Shown here: positions 36,751 to 46,200 of the stretch, in pieces
Position numbering within the stretch: position 1 is the first letter of the stretch
Layout: the number at the start of each line of letters is the position of its first letter
Assembly (NCBI GenBank): GCA_964619365.1
Contig: CAZUDQ010000004.1
Coordinates: 3,963 to 67,962, forward strand
Reading direction: 5' to 3'
Length of the DNA: 64,000 nucleotides
Origin: an uncultured archaeon
Lineage (GTDB): Archaea; Altiarchaeota; Altiarchaeia; JAFGQM01
Program-made: the position numbers and the translations under genes
The notes under the pieces: generated by a model
Seen by the model: the letters and a program-made list of their open reading frames with translations, nothing else
What the model was told of the DNA's origin: nothing
Databases searched by the model: none

Positions 36751-37284
36751 ATGGAAACTGCGTGCATGGGGGGCGCGGGATGTTTTGACCCATTATCATT
36801 AATAGTCCTTGTCCCACTCGTTATACTTGCCATTATCTTTGTATGGGCAATACAAAAGAAATCGCGCGCAACAATTGCGATAAAGGCTTCATACATATTC
36901 ATAGCTTTAGACCTTGTTCTTTTTTTAATAGTTCCTGTATGCTCCGTACCCTTCCCATGCTACGTTTGGACTCTCGTACCGCTTGTGATGTTTGGTATGC
37001 TGATATTTTTCCTCCTTAGGCGTTTTAAGCACGACTACGAGCATGAAAAGAGGCTTGTTCACGCGATGGTAGACGGTCACATAGACCCAAGAAACGTTTC
37101 AGAAGTGCTTGCCGTAAGTTCAAGCAAAAAACAAGATAAGAAAGCCAGCACGCAGGAAGAAAAAAAGGAGAAAGAGGAAAAACCCACCGAAGTTAAGCTC
37201 AATGAAGTTGAAAAGATAATTTCAGAGGCAAAAGCCGCAAACAAAAAACGCAAGGTTGCGGCCAGTAAAAAGAAGAAGGATTAA
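36751..37284 (+). CDS. Hypothetical 3-TM membrane protein with Lys-rich tail
   Basis: Three hydrophobic segments followed by a charged tail. Confidence 0.65.
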   Translation: METACMGGAGCFDPLSLIVLVPLVILAIIFVWAIQKKSRATIAIKASYIFIALDLVLFLIVPVCSVPFPCYVWTLVPLVMFGMLIFFLLRRFKHDYEHEKRLVHAMVDGHIDPRNVSEVLAVSSSKKQDKKASTQEEKKEKEEKPTEVKLNEVEKIISEAKAANKKRKVAASKKKKD

Positions 37285-38330
37285 TCAATTATTTTTGTCT
37301 CTAGTTTTTTAAGCTCACAAAAATCAGTCGAAAAATTATATGCCCCGGCGTTAAGAAAAACAAGCTTGTCGCCAAGCTCTGGCGAGTCAAGGTATACCCT
37401 ATATCTGAATAAGTCAACTGAACACGGCGTGCAACCCTTTATGACATACGGTTTTGCACAAGAGTCGCCTTTTTTTAATTCTCCAGCCACAATCAGTTTT
37501 ACAGGAACAATTACTGCGTCCATGTCGCTATTGTAAACAGAAGCATCAATTATGATATTGTTGTCATAAATCTGCATTATATGTGTTATAAGTTTTCCTG
37601 AAGGTGCAGCAATAAAGCGCCCGGGTTCAACCATAAGCTTAATCTCCTTCTCATCAAGGAAACTACGCAGCTCAGCGATTTTCTTAAATATTGAGCTGAC
37701 CACTTCAACATTGGTGTTTGCATACTCACTTGGAAGTCCCCCACCAATATTTATTATAGATATTGCATCAAGTGATTCCTCGCTAAGCATATTTTTTATG
37801 TCGTAGATAAGATTCCATTCCGAAAGATTCTGGGTCTTTCTATGGAAGTGAACACCCAATACTGCAATCTTGGGCTTATCTTTTAGTTCAGCGATTTTCT
37901 TGTTGACAAGCTCGCTTTTCATCCCAAATACAAAGTGGCGCTCAGTACGCAAGGTATTTTCTTTAAGTTTTATCCTAAGGAAAAGCTCTATTGCACAGCG
38001 GGGCGTGTTATTTTCAAGCCAAGAGCTTAGAATATCAAGGTCTGCTTCGTTATCGACTACAAAACGGAATACGCCAGAACCCACCAGCTCTGAAATGAAC
38101 GCGTTGTCCCACGCCTGAGCCAAAAAAAGCACGCGGGATTTGTCCTTTACATGAATAAGCTCGCCTTCCATATGAAGCGAAAAAAGCGAGTCTGTTTCTT
38201 CTTCGAGAATTGGCACGATATTGGGATTTGTCTTTGAGCTGTATGAGACTATATCTGCTGCGTCTCTTGCCTTAGAGTATTGCGCAAGGACAGTTTTTTT
38301 TGATATCTCAAAATACGGCTTGCTTATCAT
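37281..38330 (-). CDS. Group IV PLP-dependent decarboxylase (ornithine/lysine/arginine/DAP family)
   Basis: YSSKTNP (PLP Lys), HFH, NIGGGLP, EPGRF, NAGAY. Confidence 0.85.
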   Translation of the reverse strand: MISKPYFEISKKTVLAQYSKARDAADIVSYSSKTNPNIVPILEEETDSLFSLHMEGELIHVKDKSRVLFLAQAWDNAFISELVGSGVFRFVVDNEADLDILSSWLENNTPRCAIELFLRIKLKENTLRTERHFVFGMKSELVNKKIAELKDKPKIAVLGVHFHRKTQNLSEWNLIYDIKNMLSEESLDAISIINIGGGLPSEYANTNVEVVSSIFKKIAELRSFLDEKEIKLMVEPGRFIAAPSGKLITHIMQIYDNNIIIDASVYNSDMDAVIVPVKLIVAGELKKGDSCAKPYVIKGCTPCSVDLFRYRVYLDSPELGDKLVFLNAGAYNFSTDFCELKKLETKIID

Positions 38331-39289
38331 TCTTTGATTAAGTCTTCCTTAGAGAGCTCGTCAAGCGAACGGCACATGGCAAGGGGGAACATTATTGTTA
38401 CGTCGCCCACAACCGTTGCAATATCGCTTTCGTCCTTTATCTTGCCCCAGCTTTTAGCTTCAGAAGTCGTTGCTCCTGACATGGAGCCAGAAGTCTTGTG
38501 TGCAGTTGTCATATAGACTGCAAGCTCCGCCCCGCCGTTAAGAAGCGTTGAAAGGATAGCATGATGTTTTGAGACGCTCCCGCCAAGTGCGATTACTGCC
38601 TTTTTTTCGTCGTGGTTTGTCGCAAATATTATGTTTCCAAAATCTGATACCACATCCACAATAAAGTCCTTATGGTCTTGCTGGAAAAGATAAAGTTGGA
38701 AACCAAACGAGCCGTCTGTTATTGCAGGACAAAATATCGGGACGCCCTTTTTTGCCGCCTGGTATAGTATAGAATTCTCATCAGTTAGGCGCAGACCAAT
38801 CTCGTAAAGAAGCTCTGAGACGCTCCACCGCGTTTTCTTTTTGTATAATTCTCCAAGTAGGGGTTGAAGCATCGCCTCAAGGTTTGCATAACTCTCGTTT
38901 TTTATCTCAAGGTTACCCACGCGGTTTATTCCCTGCTCGTGAAGCTCAACGTCATCAGAGTTAAAGCTTCCGATTGCAAATTTCTCACCTGACGCTTTCA
39001 TGATATCTTCTTCAATAGCGCCAGCCGTTGTAACAATGATATGAGCCATATCAAGTCTTATTAACTGGGCAAAAAAGCCCCGAAGGCCTGATGTCACCAT
39101 GTTTGAAGTGAACGTAAGAAAGATTTTAGCGTTCTCGCGCTTCATCTTGCAAAATACCTCTGATGCACGGTAGAGCTCAACACTCTGAAAGCCGACCTCG
39201 CCAAGACCGTCAACAAGCTCGGAGACCTTTATCCCGTCTTTCCATTCAAAATCAGATACGTATTCCATTTCCCTTCTAAAGATTTTCAA
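38327..39289 (-). CDS. dys: Deoxyhypusine synthase (DHS-like)
   Basis: FTSNMVTSGLR, VTTAGAIEED, NRVGN, DGSFG, SGATTSEAKSWGK. Confidence 0.92.
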   Translation of the reverse strand: MKIFRREMEYVSDFEWKDGIKVSELVDGLGEVGFQSVELYRASEVFCKMKRENAKIFLTFTSNMVTSGLRGFFAQLIRLDMAHIIVTTAGAIEEDIMKASGEKFAIGSFNSDDVELHEQGINRVGNLEIKNESYANLEAMLQPLLGELYKKKTRWSVSELLYEIGLRLTDENSILYQAAKKGVPIFCPAITDGSFGFQLYLFQQDHKDFIVDVVSDFGNIIFATNHDEKKAVIALGGSVSKHHAILSTLLNGGAELAVYMTTAHKTSGSMSGATTSEAKSWGKIKDESDIATVVGDVTIMFPLAMCRSLDELSKEDLIKE

Positions 39290-39358
39290 GCAAGAAGAAG
39301 TGCTATTTTTGAGTATTAAGCCTTTAAAATTAGTGTTTAGTCCGGATGCGATATTAAA

Positions 39359-39568
39359 ATGCTAAAAAGTCCAAGCTACCAAAAAAGAATTAAGGGATTT
39401 GAGGTAGCTGGCCACCTAAATAAAAAAAGAAAGAATAAAACTTTAGACTCTAGGGGAAAACTAAAGAAATTTTACATTATCCGCGGAAAGTCAGAAGGCT
39501 GGATTGAGAAACAAGTGGGGCGGGATTTGCGTTCCAGACCACAAGGCGCAAATAGAAAGAACTCTTAA
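39359..39568 (+). CDS. Possible small basic protein
   Basis: 69-aa Lys/Arg-rich ORF whose TAA abuts the next ATG; no recognisable motif. Confidence 0.3.
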   Translation: MLKSPSYQKRIKGFEVAGHLNKKRKNKTLDSRGKLKKFYIIRGKSEGWIEKQVGRDLRSRPQGANRKNS

Positions 39569-39925
39569 ATGAAAATATTTAACAAAACCAGTGGGAAGTA
39601 CATTTCAAAAGACGCAAAGGAGTGCAAGTCTATTCTTTCTCGCATGCGTGGCCTTATGCTTGCAAAAAAACCAAAGACCGTAGTTCTCATGAACCCGAAG
39701 ATAAATATTGAAGGCGCGTCAATTCACATGTTTTTCATGCGCTTTCCAATCGATGTGATATGGGTCAATGAAAAAGGAACGGTAGTTGACGTCTTTAGGG
39801 CTGCAAAGCCGTGGGCTCTTAAAATATACCGCCCAAAACTCTCGGCAAAATATGTGGTAGAGAGTCCTATTGGTATGATTGATGCAAGCGAGACAAAAGA
39901 GGGCGACATAATAAAATTTAATTAA
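39569..39925 (+). CDS. DUF192 family protein
   Basis: RMRGLM, SIHMFFMRFPIDVIW, KYVVE...G. Confidence 0.88.
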   Translation: MKIFNKTSGKYISKDAKECKSILSRMRGLMLAKKPKTVVLMNPKINIEGASIHMFFMRFPIDVIWVNEKGTVVDVFRAAKPWALKIYRPKLSAKYVVESPIGMIDASETKEGDIIKFN

Positions 39926-39966
39926 GAAAACGAGGTTTTATTCAAATAGCCTCAAAATACTTTGCA

Positions 39967-40827
39967 ATGATTATATTCTCAAACCAAAAGTCAGCAGGAA
40001 TCGCCCGGAGCGTCGCAAAAGAAACGGGAGCCGCGCTAGGGCAAATAGAAAAGAAAGTCTTTCCTGACGGCGAGATTTACATTCGCTTAATGACTCCAGT
40101 AAAAGGAAGCGATTGCGTCCTGATTTCCAGCACGCAAACTAACGATGATGTCATAGAACTTTTGCTCACACTTTCAGCCATTAAGGAAAACGGCGCAAAA
40201 AAGATAATCTGCGTCATGCCGCACATGGCTTACCAGCGCCAGGATCATGCCTTTAAGGAAGGCGAGGCAGTCTCTGCACGCATATTCCTTGATATGATTA
40301 AGACTTACGCCGACAAGATAATTGTAATCGACGCGCATTTCCTTGAGGATATTGGCGACATGGATTTTATGGGAATACCAGTTATGAATCTTGATGCATT
40401 TCCATTACTAGGCAAATACTTTGCCGAAAAGAAAGGCGCAGAAAACCTAATCATATTTTCACCTGATGCAGGCTCAAAAGCTTACGCCGATGCCGCAGGA
40501 AAAGCAGTCGGCTGCCCTTCAGACCACTTAATCAAAAAGCGCATTGACGGCGAAACTGTACAGATGCAGCCAAAAGAGCTTTGTGTTGATGGAAAAGACG
40601 CAGTAATCCTTGATGATATAATCGCAACGGGAGGCACCATGAAAAAGGCCGCAGAGATGCTTATTTCCCAAGGTGCAAAGTCTGTTTCGATGGGATGCGT
40701 TCACGGTGTCTTTGCAAAAGGAACTGACATTTTTGGCGACTTTGAAGTCGTTTCGACAGATTCGATTTTAGGGGAGCTCTCAAAAGTTCATGTTGCGCCG
40801 CTAATAGCAAAAGAGCTCTTATCTTAA
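39967..40827 (+). CDS. prs: Ribose-phosphate pyrophosphokinase
   Basis: FPDGEIYIR, PHMAYQRQD, SPDAG, ILDDIIATGGT, CVHG. Confidence 0.96.
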   Translation: MIIFSNQKSAGIARSVAKETGAALGQIEKKVFPDGEIYIRLMTPVKGSDCVLISSTQTNDDVIELLLTLSAIKENGAKKIICVMPHMAYQRQDHAFKEGEAVSARIFLDMIKTYADKIIVIDAHFLEDIGDMDFMGIPVMNLDAFPLLGKYFAEKKGAENLIIFSPDAGSKAYADAAGKAVGCPSDHLIKKRIDGETVQMQPKELCVDGKDAVILDDIIATGGTMKKAAEMLISQGAKSVSMGCVHGVFAKGTDIFGDFEVVSTDSILGELSKVHVAPLIAKELLS

Positions 40828-40844
40828 AATAAAATTATCCAATA

Positions 40845-41948
40845 ATGGAAAATAAAACTCTTGAGGATATTTTCCAGCTCAAAGAATATTCTCTTAGTTC
40901 TAAGGAAAAGGAAGAAGTTCTCTTGCCAATCATAAAAGAGGGCGTCAAAAGAGCCAGGAGAAACCCCCAAATAGACTCTTTTTTAGAAAAGGAATCATTT
41001 GATTCTGAAAAAATATCTTCCTTAAGTCAGATTCCTGGGGTACCTATACAGATGTTTAAGGATATTGACCTTTCGACTTGTGACAAAAAGGATATAATCC
41101 AGATACTAAAATCCAGTGGGACAACATCATCAGAACAAAGCAAAGTGCCGCTAAACCAAGAAACCTTAATCAATCAGGGGCGAGCTTTCCAGAGCAGTAT
41201 CGTGAATTATTTTGGTTCTGAAAAACGCGTATTTCTTGTAATAGACCACAAAGGCATAATTGACCCAAAGCGTGAGATAACTTCACGGACAGCAATAGTC
41301 CGTGCGCCCTTAAGATATGCCAAAGAGACATATTTTCTCTTAAAAGAAACGGAGGATGGGAGATTAGTCTTGGACATGGACGTAATCAACGAGGTAATCA
41401 GAAAACACTCAAATGATGATATAATAGCATTCGGGTTTACTTACATTGTATGGAGCGTTTTTTATAAACAGGCAAAAGATGCAGGCATTTCCTTTAAATT
41501 TCCAAATCTCAAGCTTTTCCATGCGGGCGGTTGGAAAAAGCTCTCAGAAGAAAAAGTATCAAAAGAGGCGTTCTCAAAAGAGCTTGCGAGACTTTTTGGA
41601 ATATCCTATAAGGAAGTTTGTGACTTTTACGGAATGGCAGAGCAAAACGGGGTAATCTTTATTGATTGTAAAGAAGGCAATAAACACGTGCCAAATTTTG
41701 CCAAGGTTATAATCCGGGACACACAGACATTAGAACCTGTACAAAAAGGCCAGACTGGGATAATTGAGATAATGAGTGCCCTTGGGACAAGTTATTATTC
41801 TCAGGCCATCCTGACAGAGGATTTGGGTGAATACCTTGGCGATGATGATTGTCCATGCGGTCGGCATGGCGAATACTTTAGATTCAAAGGAAGGCTCAAA
41901 AAAGCTCCTCTTCGTGGATGTGGAGATACCTTCAAGGAGAAAAAATAA
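40845..41948 (+). CDS. luxE: LuxE-like acyl-protein synthetase
   Basis: SSGTTS, FGFTY, HAGGWKK, DFYGMAEQ, ILTEDLG, GR....LRGC. Confidence 0.88.
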   Translation: MENKTLEDIFQLKEYSLSSKEKEEVLLPIIKEGVKRARRNPQIDSFLEKESFDSEKISSLSQIPGVPIQMFKDIDLSTCDKKDIIQILKSSGTTSSEQSKVPLNQETLINQGRAFQSSIVNYFGSEKRVFLVIDHKGIIDPKREITSRTAIVRAPLRYAKETYFLLKETEDGRLVLDMDVINEVIRKHSNDDIIAFGFTYIVWSVFYKQAKDAGISFKFPNLKLFHAGGWKKLSEEKVSKEAFSKELARLFGISYKEVCDFYGMAEQNGVIFIDCKEGNKHVPNFAKVIIRDTQTLEPVQKGQTGIIEIMSALGTSYYSQAILTEDLGEYLGDDDCPCGRHGEYFRFKGRLKKAPLRGCGDTFKEKK

Positions 41949-43222
41949 TAAACTGTTATTTTCTTTCAGGGAAAAAAGTAGAGAAACAAATTACAGATTT
42001 TAGCGAAATAGAAATTGTCTTAGAAAAGAATCGAAAAGACCTTTATAATATGGGTCTTGAAGGTGTCATAAAAATTCTCTCAGAACTATCAAAACATATT
42101 CTTTCCAACCAAGAACTTCTTCAGATAGGATACATGGAATATCTTTCAGATTGGTTAAGCGAAAAAAACCTTAGAGAAATTTGTAACAATAATTATGGCG
42201 TTAAAAATCCTTTTGAGCAAAGCCAAGATTTAAATGGTCTAAAAATTATTGCCGCACCAAGAGGTATTGCTAGTCATTGGGTCGCCGAGAACATACCGAC
42301 TATTGCAATTTTCTCACTTGTCCAGGGACTTCTTTCACTTAATGCCAATGTTATGAAAGTTCCAAAAAATTCAGTACACCCAATCTGTTTAATTCTGGAA
42401 ATACTCTCCGGAATTGAACTTGAGTTTAATGGAAAGAAACTTTTAGGTTCAGACCTGTCAAAAAATGTGGTTATCACAACATTTCCCAGTTCAGAGACTT
42501 TCGCAGGGAACTCACTTTCACAAATAGCTGATGTAAAGCTAATTTGGGGTGGCAAAGAAGCAGTGAGCTCAATTACCCAAATGCCACAAAAAGAGCATTG
42601 CGAGATTCTAACATTCGGACCAAAATACTCATTTGGCGTTTATGCTAAGGATGCAATAGAATCAAATCTTGAAGAGAATCTAAAAGGTTCTGCCTTAGAC
42701 ATCGTACTTTTTAATCAGATGGCATGCTCATCCCCACATGTCTTATTTTTTGAAAAGAGCAAGTATCCTTTGGATGAAATAGCCAACAAGCTAGCTGAGG
42801 CATTTGACTCCACACCTAAAAAATATTTTATGCCCCTAAATGATGAACTTGTATCAAAAATTATGAATAAACGGGGCGAATATCTTCTTGACAAAAAGAA
42901 GGTTATAAAAAAATCAAAGACTTTGGAATGGACAATTCTACTAGATAACAAGCTCTCCTTAGAAGAGCCGATAGCAGGTCGTTGCATTTTTCTAAAGGAA
43001 ATAAACTCCATTTTGGATGTAATCCCACTAATCACGCATAAAGTTCAAACAATAAGTCTGGCGTGCCTAGATGACAAATTAACCAACAAATTCTTTAAGT
43101 GCGCAGCTTATGTGGGAGTAAGTCGTATAACTCCTCCCGGAAAGATGCTAGATTTCTATTCGCCATGGGATGGCATGATGCAAGTTTCAAGACTCGTCAG
43201 ATGGGTAAGTCTAAAAAATTAG
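41918..43222 (+). CDS. luxC: LuxC-like acyl-CoA reductase
   Basis: APRG...HW.AEN.P, QGLLSLNANVMK, WGG.EAV, FGPKYS, NQMACSSPH, RI..PG.M, PWDG. Confidence 0.88.
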   Translation: MWRYLQGEKIINCYFLSGKKVEKQITDFSEIEIVLEKNRKDLYNMGLEGVIKILSELSKHILSNQELLQIGYMEYLSDWLSEKNLREICNNNYGVKNPFEQSQDLNGLKIIAAPRGIASHWVAENIPTIAIFSLVQGLLSLNANVMKVPKNSVHPICLILEILSGIELEFNGKKLLGSDLSKNVVITTFPSSETFAGNSLSQIADVKLIWGGKEAVSSITQMPQKEHCEILTFGPKYSFGVYAKDAIESNLEENLKGSALDIVLFNQMACSSPHVLFFEKSKYPLDEIANKLAEAFDSTPKKYFMPLNDELVSKIMNKRGEYLLDKKKVIKKSKTLEWTILLDNKLSLEEPIAGRCIFLKEINSILDVIPLITHKVQTISLACLDDKLTNKFFKCAAYVGVSRITPPGKMLDFYSPWDGMMQVSRLVRWVSLKN

Positions 43223-43271
43223 AATAATAGAGCATTATTTACTTTTTATTAATTTTAATATAGAATACACA

Positions 43272-46200
43272 ATGTCAATTAATGATAAATTATTACCTTT
43301 ATTAGAGAAAATCCATCTTGCAGGGTTTTTTGAGGAAAAGAATATCCCGCCCATTGCGTTTCCAATAGGAATGATTGTTCTTATCGGAATTATCGCATTT
43401 TTGTTATTTTCTGGCGGGTCATCTAATGTCATTTGTGGTGACGCTTTATGCGACTCTACAGAAAACTGTACAACTTGCCCTGAGGACTGTGGCAATTGCG
43501 CTGACAGTAAAAAAGAGTTTGAGGGCTTGCCTGCAACAAAAGAAGTAAGTGTAATTTTGACGGGCGCCCCCATACAATCCACACTTAGTGTTTCACTTCA
43601 GGATGATTCTGGAACGACTTTACAAGGCAAGACGGGTAAATCCTCTGAATTCACCTTCCAGATTCCAACTACCGCAAACGTTGTAAGGGCCATAGTAAAA
43701 AACCTAGATACTGGCAATGCAATCAATTCAGATTTTTTCTCTATCGAAGTTGGTGACCCCACAATTCCCGTAATGATTCCATCTGATTTTTTTGACCAGG
43801 GTCATGAAGAAACGGCAACGCTTATTGTGTCACTAAAAAACGCAAAAACGATGACGCCCATATCTGGCAAGATTTCAATTGTGCTACCCAGCGGCTCTTC
43901 TTATAGTGTGGTGGAGACTAAGCAGTCTACAGGCGGGGTTGCAAGTTTTTCTTTAGAACCAGGCACATATGCAGTCATTACAGAAGCAAGTGCTTACTCA
44001 AGTTATGACAACAGGAATAGCCCAGTTACCTTAAGCTCGGGTAGGACGCTTTCAATAACTGCCCCTATGGAACCTGTGACAAAGACAAGAACTATAAACT
44101 TTTGTGCAGGTCAAAACGCCCCGATTATCGCGGTGTATACTAGTTCAGGAACCTTACTCTCAGAACTTACAACAGATTCTTTTGGATGTGCCGAGTTTGA
44201 AATGGACGAGGGAACAACGGGTTATGCCAGAGCAATGGCCTTAGACCCCTCCTGCAGCTCATCTGATGCTATGTTTTCAGAAGATTCCTCAAACTCATTA
44301 GTAATCAGTGTAGTATGTGGAGACATGGTTTCGCAAATACGTGCAGAAGTCATAGGGCTTAACAATGAAGTGCTCACGGAAAACGCTACAGTAAACCTTT
44401 TTTATGAAGACGGAACACGCATAAGCGGAAGCGGGACGGCAGGCGCACTGATGCCCAACGGAACTGCTACAGAATATGTCCATGTCGACTCCACAGACAC
44501 AGTATATTTTGTCGTTACAGGAGTTAATGGATACCTTGATTTTACCTCGAGAAAATACGAAGTGCTTCAGGGAGAAGCTAAGACTGTAAAACTTAATCTC
44601 ATTGTCGCGCCAGAACCCAAACCCGAGATGGAATTCAGGGAGCTATATTTTCCAACAACGGCAATCGCAGGAAAAGAGTTTAAGGTCAGTTTCCAAAAAG
44701 CGCTTTGCAATGGAGAAGATGTCACGGCAACAGAAAACTTCAAGGTTTCTTTTACAGGAGGTAATTGCAGCATACTTGGGACAACGATAACTTATCTACC
44801 CTCAGTCTCTCATTTAGGAGAACAGACAATAGAGATATATAATAATGATAATGCAGACTGCATTGCACTAATAAAAAAGAACATAAGTGTTTTTGAAAGT
44901 GGTGAGAACCCCTTTGAAGTAATACCTTATGCCATCACGGGGTTAGACGCCCCAGTGACAGTGCCCTTTGCAATAACCTTTAACGGAACTCCAATACTAA
45001 ATGATTTTGATTACATATTAAAAGCAAAGTACAGTGAGGGTGGGATTGCCCTTCCCGAAGAACCTTTATTGTCTGAAGCAGATGAATATTTATATACAAA
45101 AATTGATTCACCCTTTACTGGAGATCATGCTTTGGAGATAAATCTTAGCAAAGTAGTAGGCGATGTCTATTACGCAGGCTCTTTTGAGATAAGTAACATC
45201 AGAAGCTATCCCAGAAACCAAAAGATAAAAATAGAGAGTACAGTTAGCCCCAGGTTCCCTTATCCAACGGAAGGATTTTATGTTGCAATCAAATTACAAG
45301 CGGGATCATGGATAATAAAAGGCTTGGAAAACGTTTATGCAGAATTTTACAGTACGACTCAAAAAATGTACTGGAACCCGGCATCACAGATTTATTCTAC
45401 CTCGTTTGAAGCACCCCTTAGCGAGGGCATATTTCCAGTGACCTTTAAGGTGGGTGGGGCGACTCTTGCTGAAGAGAACGTTTATGTCGCAAATACCGCC
45501 CTTGAACGCTCTTCTACGTGTGAAATAGCAAACTGTGCGGATATAAATGATGTCAGAGCATGCGTATACTCACACAACAAGCAGTCCATGCACACAACGC
45601 GTGAAGTGATAGGTTGTTTTGAAAATGGGTGGGGCACAGTACTTTCATCTGAAGAGTTTTCACTACTTCATTGTACGGAGGACAGTGCCTCAAAAGGTGA
45701 TTGGAACAACAACTGCTATCTAGACACGACAGGGGAACTTAGCGACCGTGCGATATTGTCTGAAGCCTTGTCACGACTGTCTGAAGATGAGCTTTACAGT
45801 TATCTGGGCTGTGGGGATATGGACAATGACCTTGATGTGGATAAAGACGATTTAGTATGCCTTACAAACGTTGCTTCAGGCAAATGGTTTGGTGACACAG
45901 GTACTAGTTCAAATTCTGATATATGTTCCTCACAATTAATGGGTGGGTTTTGTTTTGATATCAAAACAAGCTCTGCAATCCCCGGTGATTTTAATAATGA
46001 CAAGGATATCGATTCAGATGATATAGAACTAATGCAGGACATAATAAGGGCTGTTAGAAGTGGAGTCACACCACCTTCAAAATTACTTGCTTTTGCAGAT
46101 TTTAATCAAGATAGGACAATAGGGCAAATCGATCTCGAGTGTCTTGAGAAATTTAAAAACGTCAATTTTGATTCCTATGAGGCATACGGACAACAGGTGT

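Noticed and set aside
41945-41953. ATA at 41948 overlapping the luxE stop (TAATA) as a non-canonical or mutated luxC start
   Set aside because: An in-frame ATG at 41918 can serve as the start; this cannot be resolved from sequence alone.
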